Shown piece by piece: positions 28,546 through 32,000 of a stretch of 32,000 bases of DNA (the first letter of the stretch is position 1; each line of letters begins with the position of its first letter). The translations under genes were made by a program, and so were the position numbers. The stretch spans positions 2,760,001 to 2,792,000 of the forward strand of contig NZ_AP012549.1 of assembly GCF_000829235.1 (NCBI RefSeq), in the 5' to 3' direction. Below the pieces are notes generated by a model, which was not told the origin of the DNA, did not search any database, and was given only the letters and a program-made list of their open reading frames with translations. The DNA comes from a cyanobacterium endosymbiont of Epithemia turgida isolate EtSB Lake Yunoko (GTDB lineage: Bacteria > Cyanobacteriota > Cyanobacteriia > Cyanobacteriales > Microcystaceae).

Positions 28546-29328
28546 ATGCTAGATAATTTATTATTTTTAATTGTTAGTGGTTTATTTTCGGGTTTGTTGG
28601 CTGGACTACTAGGCATTGGGGGAGGAACTATATTAGTTCCTTTATTAGTAACCCTTGGTCATATGCCCGTACAGGCTGTTGCCACAAGTAGTTTAGCCAT
28701 TTTTATTACCTCTTTATCAGGAAGTATTCAGAATTGGCGTAGGGGTTATTTAGATCTACAGCGCGTTATCCTTTTAGGGTCTCCGGCCTTAATTACAGCT
28801 CAATTTGGAGTACATACTGCTAATTTACTTCCCGATTATATGTTGTTAACTACTTTGGGGATTTTACTAATTATTAATGTTTTCTTAGGAAACTTACGTC
28901 AACGGTTAGCTACCCGACTAGCTTCTACTCATACTAAAACCATCAAAATTTTTACGAAAATAGCTCGTTTAGGAACCGGAGGAACCGCCGGATTTCTGGC
29001 AGGTTTATTCGGTATTGGTGGGGGAGTCATTATGGTTCCACTACAGATATTATTTTTAGGGGAAACCATTAAAATCGCTATTCAGACGAGTTTAGGAGTG
29101 ATTGTTATTACCACCCTTTCTGCTACTATAGGCCATGCTTTACAAGGAAATGTTGTATTCCCTATTGGACTTATATTAGGAGTAGGAGGATTAGTTGGCT
29201 CACGAATAAGTACCAGTCTTCTTCCAAAGTTACCCGATAGAGTGGTTCAATTTTGTTTCTATGGACTATTAGTCATTTTAGCAGTTTATACTTTTTGGCA
29301 AGCTTGGCAAAGCTATAGTAGAACGTAA
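28546..29328 (+). CDS. TauE/SafE (DUF81) family anion exporter membrane protein
   Basis: Polytopic membrane protein with the duplicated motif GLLGIGGGTILVPLL and GLFGIGGGVIMVPL, typical of TauE/SafE. Confidence 0.85.
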   Translation: MLDNLLFLIVSGLFSGLLAGLLGIGGGTILVPLLVTLGHMPVQAVATSSLAIFITSLSGSIQNWRRGYLDLQRVILLGSPALITAQFGVHTANLLPDYMLLTTLGILLIINVFLGNLRQRLATRLASTHTKTIKIFTKIARLGTGGTAGFLAGLFGIGGGVIMVPLQILFLGETIKIAIQTSLGVIVITTLSATIGHALQGNVVFPIGLILGVGGLVGSRISTSLLPKLPDRVVQFCFYGLLVILAVYTFWQAWQSYSRT

Positions 29329-29434
29329 AATTGAGCATGAACGACTTTCAAAAATCAGGAGGAATTAACAACTGTTGACCCCTAGATTAGTTCGTGGTCG
29401 ACTATTGATTATTCATCATTAACCTGATAAATTG

Positions 29435-31729
29435 TTAGATTCTACTATCTATCGTTTGAGTCTTAGTTCGATCTAACTTCAGAATTAAAACTCCTAAAGG
29501 TGGCAAACATAAATCAAGAGAACAGGGAAGGCTATGGAATGACCATTGATCAGTCCATTTACCTCCCAAATTTCCCATATTACTGCCGCCGTATTTCCTA
29601 GCATCACTATTAAATAACTCAGTATAAAATCCCTCTTCGGGAACACCAATTCGGTAATGACTATGAGGTTGGGGGGTGAAATTACAAACAACAATCACAA
29701 ACTCTGTAGGGTTTTTACTCCATCGAATAAAAGATACTACACTATGACGGTTATCGCTACAATCAATCCACTGAAATCCTTCTTCTTCAAAATCACGGTC
29801 ATAAAGGGCGGGTTCACTTTTATAAAGGGCATTTAGTTCGGTAAAAAACCGTTTAAGCTGTCGGTGGGGGTTATATTCCAACAGATGCCATTCTAAATCT
29901 CCCCAAACATTCCACTCACTCCATTGGCCAAATTCCATGCTCATAAACATGGTCTTTTTCCCAGGATGGGTAAACATATAGCTAAATAACGCGCGTACGT
30001 TAGCATATTTTTGCCATTCATCTCCTGGCATTTTTCCCATCATGTTGCTTTTGCCATGTACTACTTCGTCGTGGGACAACGCCAACATGTAGTTCTCACT
30101 GTGGTGATACCACATACTAAAGGTGATATTGTTTTGGTGAAATTGACGAAACCAAGGGTCTATTCCAAAATAGTCGAGTATATCATGCATCCACCCCATA
30201 TTCCACTTGAGGTTAAATCCTAGTCCCCCAACATAAGTAGGACAAGAAACCATTGGCCAGGAAGTAGACTCTTCAGCAATAGATAATACCCCTGGAAAAT
30301 AGCTATAAAGAACACTGTTGACTTGTCGCAAGAAATCAGCAGCCTCTAGATTTTCCCGTCCACCATATTCGTTGGCTATCCATTCCCCATCTTTTCGCAG
30401 ATAATCACGGTAAAGCATAGATGCAACTGCGTCTACTCGAATGCCATCAATATGATACTTATCAAACCAAAACAGAACATTAGCCACTAAAAAGTTACGA
30501 ACTTCGTTACGTCCATAGTTAAAGACAAGAGTTCCCCACTCTTTATGTTCTCCTTCACGAGAATCAGCATATTCATAGAGGTGAGTGCCATCAAAAAAAG
30601 CTAACCCATGACCATCTTTAGGAAAATGACCTGGAACCCAGTCTAAAATGATTCCAATACCATTTTCATGGCACTTATCTACGAAATACATGAAATCTTC
30701 GGGGCGGCCATAACGCGAGGTAGGAGCATAGTATCCGGTAACTTGATACCCCCAGGAACCATCAAACGGATGTTCAGCAATGGGTAATAATTCAATATGG
30801 GTATACCCCAATTCCTTAACATAGGCAATTAGCTTATCCGCGAACTCATAATAGCTGAGAAAACGCGCCCCTGTATTCCATTCTGAGACTTGGACAGGAT
30901 CCAATTCTCCATTAAGGACAGAGGTTTTTTCTTCCGAAGAAGCATGTAACCATGAACCTAAATGAACCTCGTATACTGAAACTGGTTGACTGAGGGGATC
31001 TTGATTGCGACGGTTCTCCATCCAGTCAGCATCTTGCCATTGATAGCTTTCAAGATCGGCAACGATAGAGGCAGTTTTGGGACGAACTTCCTGAAAAAAA
31101 CTATAGGGATCAGATTTTTCATAAATATGACCTTCCCAGTTTTTCACTTCATATTTGTAGTGGGTTCCCACACCAATTCCGGGAATAAACAATTCCCAAA
31201 CATTATTGAAGCGTTTACGCATTTGATGTTGGCGGCCATCCCACTGGTTAAAATCTCCTAAAATAGAAACATTACGAGCATTAGGAGCCCACAGGGCAAA
31301 ATAAACTCCTTTTACCTCCTTAACTTCCCCTGAATGTGCCCCTAATTTTTCGTAAATGCGGTGGTGGTTTCCTTCAGCAAACAAATGTAAATCAAATTCG
31401 GTTAAGTTAGAAAAAGGGAAACTATAAGGATCATATATAATTCGCTCGTTTTCTCCTTCTTTTACCCGTAATTGATAATTGTTTAATTGGGAAGTTTCAA
31501 TAATACATTCAAAAAAGTTAGGGTGATAAACCGCTTCCATCTCATATTCTTGGTGTTCGGCTGGACATACTATCCAAGCGGCTTGAATGTTTGGTAAATA
31601 GGCGCGGACCACCCATCGAGGAGAAGATCTATCGTTATTAAGAAGATGGCAACCTAACACCTCAAAGGGATCATGGTGTAGGTTGTAGACAATTTGATTA
31701 ACTTGATCAGAAGAAATAGTTGGGGTCAT
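29435..31729 (-). CDS. glgB: 1,4-alpha-glucan (glycogen) branching enzyme
   Basis: Full-length GH13 branching enzyme. Blocks [57 protein letters not shown] and [10 protein letters not shown]. Confidence 0.97.
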   Translation of the reverse strand: MTPTISSDQVNQIVYNLHHDPFEVLGCHLLNNDRSSPRWVVRAYLPNIQAAWIVCPAEHQEYEMEAVYHPNFFECIIETSQLNNYQLRVKEGENERIIYDPYSFPFSNLTEFDLHLFAEGNHHRIYEKLGAHSGEVKEVKGVYFALWAPNARNVSILGDFNQWDGRQHQMRKRFNNVWELFIPGIGVGTHYKYEVKNWEGHIYEKSDPYSFFQEVRPKTASIVADLESYQWQDADWMENRRNQDPLSQPVSVYEVHLGSWLHASSEEKTSVLNGELDPVQVSEWNTGARFLSYYEFADKLIAYVKELGYTHIELLPIAEHPFDGSWGYQVTGYYAPTSRYGRPEDFMYFVDKCHENGIGIILDWVPGHFPKDGHGLAFFDGTHLYEYADSREGEHKEWGTLVFNYGRNEVRNFLVANVLFWFDKYHIDGIRVDAVASMLYRDYLRKDGEWIANEYGGRENLEAADFLRQVNSVLYSYFPGVLSIAEESTSWPMVSCPTYVGGLGFNLKWNMGWMHDILDYFGIDPWFRQFHQNNITFSMWYHHSENYMLALSHDEVVHGKSNMMGKMPGDEWQKYANVRALFSYMFTHPGKKTMFMSMEFGQWSEWNVWGDLEWHLLEYNPHRQLKRFFTELNALYKSEPALYDRDFEEEGFQWIDCSDNRHSVVSFIRWSKNPTEFVIVVCNFTPQPHSHYRIGVPEEGFYTELFNSDARKYGGSNMGNLGGKWTDQWSFHSLPCSLDLCLPPLGVLILKLDRTKTQTIDSRI

Positions 31730-31875
31730 TCAGTTACCAATCTTAACAAACTCTGAAGGCGAAACTGCCCTAGTAAATCGTTACTACTTACTTTACAATT
31801 AGCTGCTCAAAAGCCTACTAGCCTTAGTCATGCCGACGCGGGTTTTCTTGATAGAAAAAGGTCTGTCGGGCGGTT

Positions 31876-31884
31876 TGCTATAAT
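31876..31884 (+). promoter_or_regulatory. Extended -10-like element TGcTATAAT facing the window end
   Basis: TG at 31876-31877 and TATAAT at 31879-31884, in a region of moderate G+C. There is no good -35. Any transcript would run rightwards out of the window. Speculative. Confidence 0.25.
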
Positions 31885-32000
31885 CTTCCTTGAGTGAATT
31901 ATCCCGAACTCCTATCCAGGTATCACTGACCCATCCAGGCGTGCTGCTTAACCATCTCTACTTTCATATTAGTTAGCTAAAGGTAGGACTGTCCTCAATT

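Noticed and set aside
29494-31261. Three short ORFs (29494-29694 minus in another frame, 30011-30223 plus, 30986-31261 plus) overlapping glgB
   Set aside because: All lie entirely within the 764-aa glgB CDS, whose GH13 blocks are intact. None has a motif or a plausible start context.
31730-32000. Riboswitch (TPP or cobalamin) or SRP/6S RNA upstream of glgB
   Set aside because: There are superficial resemblances (ACCTGGATAGG versus the TPP CTGGATAAT region, AAGCAGC versus the SRP helix). The flanking conserved cores (CUGAGA, B12 box, GGAA tetraloop context) are absent. It is kept only as an unassigned structured region.
1-32000. Mobile elements, prophage or a defence island
   Set aside because: There are no transposase, integrase, recombinase, toxin-antitoxin, restriction-modification or Cas-like ORFs, and no long inverted or direct repeats bounding a segment. 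All intact genes are core metabolism or information processing. The helicase and P-loop genes look like conserved chromosomal genes rather than defence cassettes.

Overview
The window looks like a chromosomal segment of a unicellular cyanobacterium. From memory the proteins resemble the Cyanothece/Crocosphaera lineage; I could not run a search. A+T bias is strong and there are clear signs of reductive genome evolution. About 22 ordinary housekeeping genes are recognisable from diagnostic motifs: tsaE (partial), petG, a DUF760 gene, pxcA, a UvrD-like P-loop protein, argC, a J-domain protein, crtH, an ABC1 kinase, tsf, rpsB, map, a sugar ABC permease, rnc, an RsbW-like kinase, rlmD, an XPB-like helicase, pdxH, a TauE/SafE exporter and glgB. 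Summed called CDS length is about 21.6 kb of 32 kb, roughly two thirds. The rest is mostly four long, extremely AT-rich stretches for which the six-frame track lists no ORF (5119-7013, 8073-9501, 12501-14011, 18829-19919). One of these holds a clear glycoside-hydrolase family 13 pseudogene at 8121-8516. I found no rRNA, tRNA, CRISPR array, transposase or integrase, and no recognisable defence genes. I see no convincing evidence for a novel multi-gene system here. The items most worth a second look are the gene-decay landscape, a near-perfect 3 x 81 bp in-frame tandem repeat in the J-domain gene, hairpin and leader structures around rpsB-tsf, a few sub-threshold small ORFs (petG is certain, the others speculative), and two ORF-less islands of higher G+C (9040-9364 and 31730-32000) that could be RNA elements or gene relics. 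All functional calls rest on motif recognition by eye, not on database searches.
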